Under the pieces are notes generated by a model. That model worked only from the letters and a program-made list of their open reading frames with translations, was not told the DNA's origin and did no database searches. A stretch of DNA of 64,000 nt from Phallusia mammillata (Eukaryota): NCBI GenBank assembly GCA_965637545.1, contig OZ281495.1, positions 12,214,001 to 12,278,000 on the forward strand, written 5' to 3'. A program made the translations under genes and the position numbers. How positions within the stretch are numbered: position 1 is the first letter of the stretch; each line of letters opens with the position of its first letter. Shown piece after piece: positions 1 through 47,955 of this stretch.

Positions 1-231
1 TATTTGACAATGCACAATCTAGCACGCTTCTGTGTAATAATGTTCTTTTCGGAATGTAGCCCACATGTAATGATAAACAGTCAGTCTATTGTTAATACGT
101 GATAGAATGCATTGTTTTATCATCTGGTCAAACAACTGCAAGATGGGGAATGCATGTGCAGCATCAAAGAGCAGCAATCAAAGGCTCAATGAGCCGCATG
201 CGGCTCGGGAGCCGCAGTTTGGCCACCCCTG
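1..231. mobile_element. Right end of a hAT-type MITE (left end lies before the window)
   Basis: Ends in GTTTGGCCACCCCTG (217-231), the reverse complement of CAGGGGTGGCCAAAC, a typical hAT terminus, preceded by GAGCCGCATGCGGCTC subterminal repeats. The right flank TCCTATAG has the central TA seen in other TSDs in this window. Confidence 0.6.
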
Positions 232-869
232 TCCTATAGCGTGCGTTAAGTCAACACACTGAAACCACGCAGAACGGTGGAACATTGCTATTAGCTTACT
301 TTAGTTTTGAAAAATGCTGGAAAAGAGTTCTGAACTACAAAACAAAGTTTTCTTCTTTTCATACGGAACGAGGACGCGACATTAAAAATAAAGTAAGGTA
401 TCTGTGCCAATGCAACTAGACTAGTGTGAACGGGGCATTGTCATGCAAGGAATTCACACAGTCAACTGCAAACAGCACAGCAAATATACCTGCTTCTTTT
501 TAACGAATTCGGCCAAGTCTTCGGAATGCTTAATAATTTCGTCCAAATCTATATCACTGGCTTTTACTGCATCCATCTTAAACAATCCCCACAACTAACA
601 ATGAAACTTTATCACTTCCGAAACGAAACTCAACATTTTGGGGAATCTCCCCAAAAATATTCACGCCGATTCAAGAATATTGTTTGAAAAAAAGCAACCT
701 GTAAGTGTAAAGCGTGAAGCCTCCAAACACCAACAGTCAGCCCAGAAAGAAATGCAGCTTGGATTTCCCTGGCATTTTAAGTTGAGATGATTGCCCTGTT
801 GGACTTTTTCTACGACCAGAAAAACGCCAGGCCTTCATTTTCTGGTGGGACTTCATGACCTAATACTAG

Positions 870-875
870 TTTATT
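870..875 (-). terminator. Candidate polyadenylation signal of COPS2
   Basis: AATAAA on the minus strand about 350 nt downstream of the COPS2 stop codon. Confidence 0.5.
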
Positions 876-1224
876 ATGTTTGACTTGTGCACACTGCAGA
901 GTCGACATTTGAAAAACCAAACATTGAAAATGGCGAAATGCTTGCCTCTAGACCCAATTCTGAATACGGGTCTGATTTGCACAAGAATTTATTCGCCAAG
1001 CTCCGTAGGCAAAAAAAACGTAAAATAACCACACATAACAAACATCCTGGCCAGATCATCTGTAAGTGCAACAGAACCAGAAATGTCTTGATCCTGTGTC
1101 AGCATTGCAATAACAATACCCAAATCGGCTTTTGTCGTTGGTTCAACGTGTCCCAAAGACACATGGGATCGCTGAACCAGCGTACGAATTAATAGGTGTG
1201 GTTTGAAAGAATCGAAAGAGACGT

Positions 1225-5633
<4,409 letters not shown>

Positions 5634-7018
5634 ATTTGATGCTAAATTATGTATAAATTTACACAAAAATAAACGCCATTGCAGTGCCTAGCCTAAATTT
5701 ATCAAAATGCAATTTTAGCTTCGATTTTAATTTTCCATGCAAATTTGCACAGCACTACCAACATAGAGATCATTCATACTTTTTGATGTCTATGGCAATG
5801 GTGTTAACCGCGCCGCGCAAATTGTTTCGGTTATTTTGACCGTGCAACCACGGTCTTAAATGCTTTTAACAACATGTCGATGCCATACACTGCGCTAATT
5901 ATGTAATTTACTTTTGCTATTAACAAACTATCGACAGTATGTACACAGGCTTGTTACGTATTTGTGTCATGAGTAAGCACAACGATTGTGAAATAACAAG
6001 GACTTTTGGGTAGGCCCCCTGTTTTGTAGTGTTAGTGAAAGTTCGTTGCATGTAAACTTGCAATTTGCAGTATATTTTCTTTCAACACCTTGTTCATCTG
6101 CATTTTCAGAAAGGGTGTTTTTATGTACGACTTAACTACTAGGATATGTGAAGTAGTGAAGAAAGGATCAGCTGCTCTCAGATTTCATTATTGCAATGTT
6201 TTTAAGTGTTTCTTGATAGAGTGAGTGCTGTATTTTGTTGATTTGTGTTGTATTGTTCAAGTTTGCTTGGAACTTATTATATGTGATACTATTGCTGTTT
6301 GATCATTTAATCATTAAATTAAATTTGAATGCAAACTAGTGACTTTTCAGGGTAAACATTAAAGTGTGTTGCATGTTTTGAAGATTTAAGAACTGATGTA
6401 GAGGTTTATGGTAAAATGTCATGTGCGGTGCAGTTGTCAACTAAACTGTTGCCAAAATTTGCAGAATTGTTGTGTTCGAACTGCGAACAAAGATCCGAAA
6501 ATTTCTGATCATAGTCTATGACACAGTAGTTTGACCGTTAAGTAGCGTGGTTGTGGTTTTAAAAAATACCCAATGGGCTAAATTTATGTTCGCCGAAACC
6601 AAGTATTCGGCAGTTTTAGCAATTAAATTTGGCCTTTATCAAGCGAAAAAAATAATTATATCGGTATCCCGAATATTCGAGATACATCACAAGTTTTTTA
6701 TGTAGATCTTTCCCATTGTTGTCAACTTTACCAGGGAAAGAGTGTTTTGCTTTGTTTGCAAAAAATGGCCAAGTACAGGCCAAAGTTTCAACATTGCACA
6801 ATTGTAACTTCAGTTTCTTCTCACGCATTTGCATGTGTGTATTTATCTATTGCGCACAGCTGTAAATCTTTGTGTAGGCCTATGCGTCAAATAGGTTCAA
6901 TCGGTACACCGAAATTCGGGGCCTTTGCAAAGTATAAGGGCTCATCACAACAGAAAGGTTACAGAATCCCTGTTTTGTAATAATGTGGTATATCGGAAAA
7001 CGACATTAGCGTATAGGT

Positions 7019-7522
7019 CAGGGATGGCGAACCACTGACCCGCGGGTCAAAAAGTGACCCACCACATAAATTCCAGTGACCCACTTGTAGTTTCAAAAAT
7101 TTATACTGATTACTATAGGTAGGGTTACCAGATTTCCAAGATTAAAAACCAACGCAACAGTTAACTTTAAGTCCTTTGCCAGATTGCCTATTTTCTCAAT
7201 ATACAGATTGTTGAGTCAATTGTGAGGCAACAGATATGTTTATTTAAACGTAGAACTTGAAACGATTTGTTGTACCTTTGTTGACGCTGTTCGGTTCCAC
7301 ACATGAATTTCATAAAATCAAGTGCCAGGAATCGTCTCAGCTCAGATATGACTGCTGCGTGTATTAAACTGAAAACTACCTAGGATTACAAGACTTGCAG
7401 AAAAGATGCAGCAACAAGCATCTTGACATTGACATGTAAAAAAATATGTGACCCACTTCGTTTTCTTTTCGAATTTTGATATCATGTTTGACCCATTCAA
7501 CTAACAAGGTTCGCCATCCCTG
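7019..7522. mobile_element. Non-autonomous hAT (Buster/SPIN-type) element with a transposase C-terminal remnant
   Basis: 15-bp perfect TIR CAGGGATGGCGAACC / GGTTCGCCATCCCTG and perfect 8-bp TSD GTATAGGT (7011-7018, 7523-7530). Internal plus-strand fragments translate, across frameshifts, to LLTLFGSTH, FIKSSARNRLSSDMTAACIKLKTT and LAEKMQQQAS*, like the C-terminus of Buster/SPIN-type hAT transposases. Confidence 0.85.
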
Positions 7523-8625
7523 GTATAGGTCATACATTTGATGGTGCTGAAAAGTTTGGCTTGGTTTGTAATCGGCTGAAAGGACTTTGAAGGAGCTAGT
7601 CCCTGGTCGGAAAACATTCTTTTGACAACATAAACAACATCAGCATCGTATGCTAGACGCTTGTTTATTGCTGATACGGGCAACGTACGACAATCACTAC
7701 AATGCACTAGACGCAGTACCTATATGTATCTTAGATTTCGATAATTCGGTCATATTCCATAGCAGACAAATCATGACACGACAGAGTGACGTTTATCACG
7801 TGGGAGCGGCCTGAAGATTTGTGGAACGAAAAAAATCGAACGAAGAGAACAAAATGAACAGCGAACATGGAAAAAGTAAGTTATTTACAGAGTTGTAACG
7901 TTATTGGCAGAGCTGAAGACTTCGGTTCAGTCAAAACAGCCAAGTCAAAAATCAGTACTTACAGATTAATCCATCTACTTTGTAGTGGGTAATCTGTAAT
8001 AAGTTATATTTGCCCAGAAAAGAAATATGTCAAAAATATGTTTTATGGCCGCAGCAATAAAAAACTCTTAACCGAGTGAAGAAGACACCAAATCATTGCA
8101 AAAATGGAACACCTTAAAAATAAGCATTCCAAAACTACACCATTGAAGCAACACACGTATACTGTATGACGACAGATAACCGCGAAGTGTTTGGAACTGT
8201 ATCGAGTAACGTAAAATTCGACGAAAATGTCTGTAAAAGCATCCGCATGAACACATAAGAGCACAGAAGATGCATGCTCAAGAGAACTCCGCAAGATCGC
8301 AGTGTTACAACGAATGCATGCTTTTAATTTTATAGCGAGCAACGCTCGGCACAGTAGAGATACATTTTTTTGTCAGGGTGAAGTGACAAACGCAAATTGT
8401 CCGCAAATGACCTTTAACCCTGGACATAATCGGGAGTGCAAATTACGCGCAAAAATTACCGTTAAATCGCATAAGGAAAGACTTTCTCGGTCAAAATATG
8501 AGCTACGTGAGTCGACTGAAATCCATTGCAAACATGTACAGGTGAGCAAAGTGATTCGGTTGGTGTAAGGCAATCACGATGTGCGGTGACCCGTAACGGT
8601 GATCACGTGAGCTGTGACGTTGGGA

Positions 8626-40880
<32,255 letters not shown>

Positions 40881-43800
40881 GTTCGGTATCTTGTCCGATG
40901 GCACTTTTATGGTTAAATCCTTTTCCAGTTAATGAGAAAAGTAATATCAAGCGCACCAAACGGGTGGGCACACATGTATTACAAAATTCTAAAAGCAACC
41001 TGAAAATCAAAGGCACATGACAAGAAAGTACAGGTCAATTATACAGTCTTGTCCACAAGCACCTAGGTCGTTTCATCTGCCCAACAAGCTGTAATTTGCG
41101 GCAATCGCCTTCCTATGTACCGAAATAACGTTTGGTGGTTAAATATTGCTTAACAATTGCGCAAACAATTGCTTCCCCCTGCGCGATTTCGCTCAATATT
41201 TACTCAAAAGCGACTAGGCCAGTTCCTGCATTTGCGCCTAATGCACTGGTTTATGTTGCAATCGAGAACGGTACTTGGCATTTTTGAGGACAATTAACAG
41301 CTACAACATAGCTCTCGCATCGAGATGCACTTTACGGTGCTAACCGATAAACTCATGACAAATTCTGACGTAATAGGTAATGTGCCTCATCAAAACTACA
41401 TTATTTTGATATCTTATGTTGCCAAAAACAACAACCACAGTATCACCTGGCTAGGCTGACGGTATAAAATTTAAAAAAAATGTGGCTACATTAGACTAAT
41501 AACAATGTTCAACAAATGTGGATAGATTATACAAAACTATAAATCATGTTGAAAACGATAGCGCAGTGTAATACATTCGGCCATGCTATCAAACCAACAT
41601 GATAATAGTGCTTTTATAATCACGTTATGACACTAGTCATGCCTCGAGTAAAGTCCTTAGTGCTAACTGAGCAAATCTTTCTAGCTGACCCAATACGCGA
41701 AGTTAAAATCACAAGCCGCATTATTCCCTTAACATCACAAGCAAAAAGACCCACACAGGCCCAAACACACTTCACGGCCATTCTTTCAACTGACTGCCAT
41801 TGAATAGAGTACCTCAAGTACCATTCAGGGTGCTCTCCAAATCCAACTTAGCAGTGTCTCAACCAAGGCAACAACGCAAAAGGAACTGGGAGTGTCAGTA
41901 CAAACAAGCCCTCAACTGAACCAGCACAAGAAATCAGTTACATTTACACGGTTACCTCTTACACTAACCACAAGCACAGTCAGTCTTTCAAATACCGATA
42001 TATTCCTATAGTATCTGGGCGTAAATCAAAGCTTTGCATGATTGCTAATTTACTTCAGCTTTCTAATCCTGTTCAAAAACACGTCAACAAGAAAACGACA
42101 ACGCTGTCTTGAAGAGACAAGAGAATGCGGGTACTGTTGAAAACACAAACCCATTCATTATTCATAATGTCCCAGCATTTTGACCTAAATAGAGTTTAAG
42201 TCATACGAAACAATGGCGTGTGTAGCATCGATGATAAACCAGTTTCAATGTGAGTTTTTATTCCACCCAAGGTCTTCAGTCAAGTCTTATGTTACAAATT
42301 CCAAGCCAAACATCTCCTCACCTATGACACTACAACTCATGAAACGGTGGAAAAACTAGCTGAATTACAAGAAGCTGTTCTTAACTTATTTCTGAGCTCG
42401 TATTGCTTTGTAACAATCATTTTCTCGTTCAGTAAAGCTGCTGAAAAATGTCACCACTTACTACTAATATGTCACAGTACTGTATTACAAGCTCAGCAAC
42501 ATGCCAACGAAGTGTGTAGCACAGGAGTTCAGGTCTTTCCTACTGCTAAAGCTAGTGGGTCTATGCTAACAGGATGTGCCTCTGCATATACAAGCCGTGT
42601 TGTCTGCCGACACAGGAGATGAAACGCAAACGAACCGCAAACGGCGGCGTCTGAACCAAGATTGCCCCCCTTTTTCACACTTCGTGCTTTATGACAATGA
42701 TACTTTTGCAAATGACCGTAACTAACACAGTTGGTGGCCGCACGACATAACAGACAATAATGTGGTCACCCACTTATGTCAGCACAAGCTGGCTTTCACT
42801 GCGGAAACAAAAGGGAAAAGGGAGAACCCTGAAGAACGCTTCGTTGACAAATTGACGGACTCCACGTGGCGTCGAAAACTAAACCAATAGTCGATGCTTT
42901 ACGTACGTCAATCCATCCAACGTGGAGTCTCAGACATGCGAATGTATTGACAGCGTTACAGGACAGTATGATAAGTGTTGATTGTCGGTAGTCCTATTTA
43001 GTTCTTGGAATTTGGAAACTGCCATTATTATTTGCTTCATTATACTATATTTTTAATTTCAATGCAGTCGAACTAAATTAATCGTTCGGAGAGAGCCGGT
43101 ATTTGAAAGCCCATTTCCTCTAATGTTATATTCCTGTTGGTAATAAGATTATACCGGATAAGTTGTCATTACAAATATGTGAGTGATCTAATGAATTATA
43201 ATTTTAAAACTGCAGATTTATGTAAAGTTAAAATAGAGGAATAAAATACTTTTTCGGGATATTTTTGATGGCTTTAGTACATTTTTTGGTGGTTTTATAC
43301 TTGTTTTATGTGTTTTTTTACGTTTGCGATCTTACTTACTTGCGGTCACCATGGTTCTTGTGGACTAACGATTTTGCGTTATCATTAAATCATAATATGG
43401 AACATCAACTATGTTTATGTTCCGTCAAAATATCTTGTGTACAAAAACCACAAATACCTACAGTGAATGTTGCCGTGTTTATTTACTGAATTCGGCTGGT
43501 CGATTATTTGTAATGTGCAGCGATTTGGTTGCGTTAAAACATTTCAGATCTACCACACAAAACGTTGCGCGGTTTGGTTTAAAAATCAAATTAACATATC
43601 TTCGAAAATCAAACCTGAATAGTTTTCTACTATTGGAAGAAACCTAAGAGTGATAAAATTGTTAAATTTATACAGAAACCAAAAGCATAGAACTGCCAAA
43701 AAAATTCCGACTTTCGACTTTATTAACAATTTAACAAAGTTACCCGTTTTTTATTTCGTCGAAACAAAGCAAAAATTACAGCCTACCACATAAAATGAAC

Positions 43801-44562
43801 CAAAGTCTATCATAGATACTTTTCTTAAGTGTCCATCATTTAGCCTACGTGACCAAAAAATCATCAAAACACACTTGACAGTGGAATGAAGCAATTTGTT
43901 GTCTAATGTGTTTAAATATATGACACATGAACAAGACGTTAGTTGAGATTAGTATTCAACCGTAACCTACATCCATTTGCGACTGACTGGTGCTTCAGTG
44001 TTTCCTTTGCTCTCTAGCAGCACCTTGTGATAATATAATCTGGAGTGTGCCATACCGAATGTATCAAGTCTACATTTGAATCAATCGGATTTGGTCAAAA
44101 TATCAAAGGTGCTTTTGACAGAATTAAAATTTTGCTTATCTTATTTGTTTAAAAGTTGTCGTTAGCTTCAAACGCTATCAAAGGGGGAAAAGTAGACAAA
44201 TAACTAATATTACTTAATTGTGATAGAAACCCTACAGACTATATCAAAACTTACCGTATGCCATTACTGTCCCCTCTTTCGCCGCATCCCCCAAAAGGTT
44301 TCTCATTTTTTAACAACCCATTTTCGTAAAAATCAGCCATCTTTTTTTGCGTCCTGTTTGACTTTAGTGCGGTGCATTGTGGGTTTCGTTTATATTTCTT
44401 GCGAAGTTGCTTTTTGATTAGTTCATGCCATAGACAGCTTATTACAAGTGAACATCCTTTTAATTTTAAATCAAAATTCATTTCGATTTTAAGTCGTGGG
44501 TTTTTATACCTTGTTGTTGTGGGGTAGGCTTTGATATCTGTTACATGCGGCAAATGAGACAT

Positions 44563-44657
44563 TGCGCATGCGCGTGTACGCCACGCGGTCCCTGTCTGTT
44601 TACTCGACGTTGATTGGTTCGAAGAGAAACCAGTGGTGCGTAACAAGTCGCGATTGG
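44563..44657. promoter_or_regulatory. Candidate CpG-rich promoter between the divergent Groucho and THAP genes
   Basis: NRF1-type TGCGCATGCGCG (44563-44574) and two inverted CCAAT boxes (ATTGG at 44613 and 44653, 40 bp apart) in a CpG-rich patch between head-to-head genes. Confidence 0.5.
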
Positions 44658-47349
44658 CCGAAGGAGATCATGCGGGGCGCATTTTGTTCGGAAACGTCCA
44701 TTTTCGTCTGTGCTGTGAACTGCATAGTTGCTGGTTTAATGTAGTTGTTTGTGTATACATTTTTTAATAGGTCGGCACTGGTTTGGGTTAAGGAGAGTGA
44801 TAGCATTTTCTGTTATGGATGTACTGCAAAAATTAGGTTTTAATCGAGGCAAAAAAGTCATGTGCAATGAGAACAACTGTAAAACGTGAGTCTAACAAAG
44901 AACATTTAGTGTTTTTTTTAATAAGTAATAAACCGATCAGTTAATTTTACAGTATGGTACGTTTTGATATTTTAACATTAATACTGGTATGTGTGGTTAT
45001 CGACGTTGTTTGTTTACGAAGTGGCGCACGCGCAGCAACCTTGCTACTTGCTAGGCTGCTGCTGGTTGTGGTCTGTGGCGAAAAGTCACGTGATGTGTAA
45101 AATTTGGTGCCTGATTTTTTTCTGCTTGCTTAACTGTGTTAATTCAGCTTGCAGTGTTGGTAAGCAAGTATTAAAGGTATTTTGCTGTTTTTTGGCTGTG
45201 ACGATTATAATTGTTGGTATAAGGGTTACATAATAATAAAGATATCTTTGTTTTGTTAAAAATGCTTTGTTTGATAAAAGTGAATTGTAATGGTGAACAC
45301 CAGATTTAGGTTTGAGAATAGAAGTGTACATAAAATGAGCTGCTGAATTACAAGCATGAAGTGTTACTTCTAAAAATAAAAGCTCTGAAGGAAATTGCAC
45401 GAAAACAATTTTCTAGTGAAACTAATTTTAATTTGTACATGTATTTAGGTAGGTGGTTTTCTTGTCAAACAGTATTGATATCGTGTGACAAACTTAAGTT
45501 TTTATTTGATTGGTTTAAATACAAAAACGTCCATCTCAATTGATCCTTTTTACCATCTCAATTTGAGTTAAAAAATAGAAGACTAGAAAAAGCGTAGTCT
45601 TGTTTTTTAAGGAATAAATAACAATTTCTTGCTAGAGATTATGTCATGTATCATAGACAAAAAGTAAATGAGACACCTCTTAATATTTGTATTTTTCGTT
45701 TCAACTCGCTCCAAGAGCGCACTGGGCACATTACTTTGTTCCTTTGCTTTCAAAGTAGCGATTTTTAACTTGTGTTACCAATAAATTTCACCTTTTCCAT
45801 GCAGTAGTCAATTTTGGTTGTGTTATATCTATAAAAAGACCCACAGTCACTTCGTTTTTTGCCAGTTTGGTAAAAATCACTACTAGTGGTCGGTGCTACA
45901 GGCAAAAAGGATATGTTTTTCGAGAAATAAAAAAGTCAAGAAATATGAGAACCCTAGTAATGCTGCTTGGTGAATAATGTAGTGCAACTGTGCTGCTATA
46001 TTGTGTTTCACCAGGTGAAATCACCTCAAATTGTAAAGGGCTCTGCACACCAGACGCGGTTGACGGTTGCAGCTAGCGATGTTGGCGGATTTTTCGTGTA
46101 ACGTTTGGCGCGACGTTGGCCCTTCACACCTGCAGTGCGGTTGACGTCAATGACTTTTGTTGCTAAGACAACTGGGTCAATGTGTTTGACATATTGAGTG
46201 TTTCTACTTATTTAAGAAACTTGCTACAAAATTCTGTTGAGTTTATGTTGTGACAAAATATAACAGTGATCGTCATCCCACTGTAAAATGTTTCCAAAAA
46301 CAATTGCAACAGCAATATTGGATTTAGTTTATTTCTGTCATTGCTGTTGAAACACACGTTCCTGTTTTACAGACACTTCATGTTTTAAAGTTGGCAATAT
46401 AATAGCAATAACATAAATGAACACAATTTTAAAAACACAAGATTGCAGAAATGCAAAAAAAACACAATCATATGACAACATATATACAAAAAAGCTTAAA
46501 TGTAAAAAGGTGCATGTTCATTTTAATTTCATCACAAACTTGCACATTGTTGCACAATCACAATGATGCTAGATGTTGTGAAATGCAAGAAAAAGCTTGT
46601 GGCATTTTTTTCTGAAGTTTGTAACTTCATCATTTTGCTGTGCGATGTTGGATGAGGTTTTCATTGGAAAATTGCTTTCTATAGTCTGACAAACATGTCA
46701 CAAATTCATGTCTTGAATTCTGGAAACATATGGAACAGTTGATCAGCAGAAACTACATTTTTATTCAAGTATACTAACCTGGAAATCCATTTATACACAC
46801 ATTTTTGTTTCTTGCCATGAAGTTACAGTTCTGCAACAAATCATAGTTGTTAAAGGAACAATACATTTAGAATTTATACCAAAATTCACCTACACCTAGG
46901 CTCATATGAATAGTGTGTTTAGAATTAAATGTTTTATAATGCTCTACGGGGGTATATATATATATATACTGTTTTATGTACATGATTGTTGCCATTGTTC
47001 TATTGGTCTGCTGGTGTGTGGAGCATATATATATAAGTGTTTTATATTGACAGGAGCAATTTATAATTCAGTCTGTTTTGAGTTCAAATCCCAAGCACAA
47101 ATGACAAACTTCCTTTCTATATGTTTGAACCAACCCTGTGTACTGAGGTGATTGAATACTGTAGCACTTATTACATGTGCACGGTTAAAAAATCAATCTT
47201 GTATAAGAGCAAGATTCTTTGTCAACATTCCTATTTGTCTAATAACCTCTGTTTTGTTTATAAAATCGCACTGTGGTGATAAAATGTCCCAACAGTTGTT
47301 TAGTACCCTGTATTTTTATTTTTGTAGTACCAACAAACTATTTTTAATC

Positions 47350-47780
47350 GGTGCATCTAAAATATACAGGATCGCTTGGTGCACCTTGATATTACTTGGT
47401 GCATCTTAATATAGCATGGTGCACATTTATATCGCTTGGTTCACCCTCATATAGCATGGTGCACCTTTATTTTGGACGGTGCAACTGTATGTCGCTTGGT
47501 GCAACTTTGTTTTGCTTGGTGCACCTGTATAATGCTACGCGCACCTTTACCTAGCGATATAAAGGTATGCCAAGTGGGATGAAGGTGAACCAAGTGATAT
47601 AAATGTGTACCAAGCGATATAAACGTTCACCAAGCGATAAAAGGTCGAACCAAGCAATATAAACGCGCACCAAGCGATATAAATGTGAACCAAGCGATAT
47701 AAACGTGCACCAAGTGTTATGAAGTTGTGCCAAGCTGTGTTAAAAATGCACCATGATCCTGTATATTTTAGATGCACCAC
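47350..47780. mobile_element. Foldback-type element: two inverted arrays of a 20-bp unit
   Basis: Perfect 24-bp TIR GGTGCATCTAAAATATACAGGATC (47350-47373; reverse complement 47755-47778). About 9 units of GCTTGGTGCACCTTTATATC face about 10 reverse-complement units. Flanks TTTTTAATC / TTTTTAATT form an 8-9 bp TSD. Confidence 0.8.
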
Positions 47781-47955
47781 TTTTTAATTGCTTTGTTATG
47801 ATTCATTTACACTTTGTAACCTCTGTATGGAGCACTTCTTGTACATATATGTACCTTTGTCTGACCTATTAGTTGCAACTAATTTAAATGTGTATATTCT
47901 GTCAACAGGTTTACTCTAAAGAAATGTTTAAGTAGTTTTGATTTTTGGTGTAAAC

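Noticed and set aside
887-1192. 101-aa plus-strand ORF
   Set aside because: Lies antisense to the COPS2 3' UTR; no recognisable domain.
47350-47780. 20-bp periodic array and the 11-bp arrays at 60200-60640 as CRISPR-like
   Set aside because: No unique spacers, eukaryotic context, enclosed by TIRs and TSDs; they are transposon subterminal repeats.
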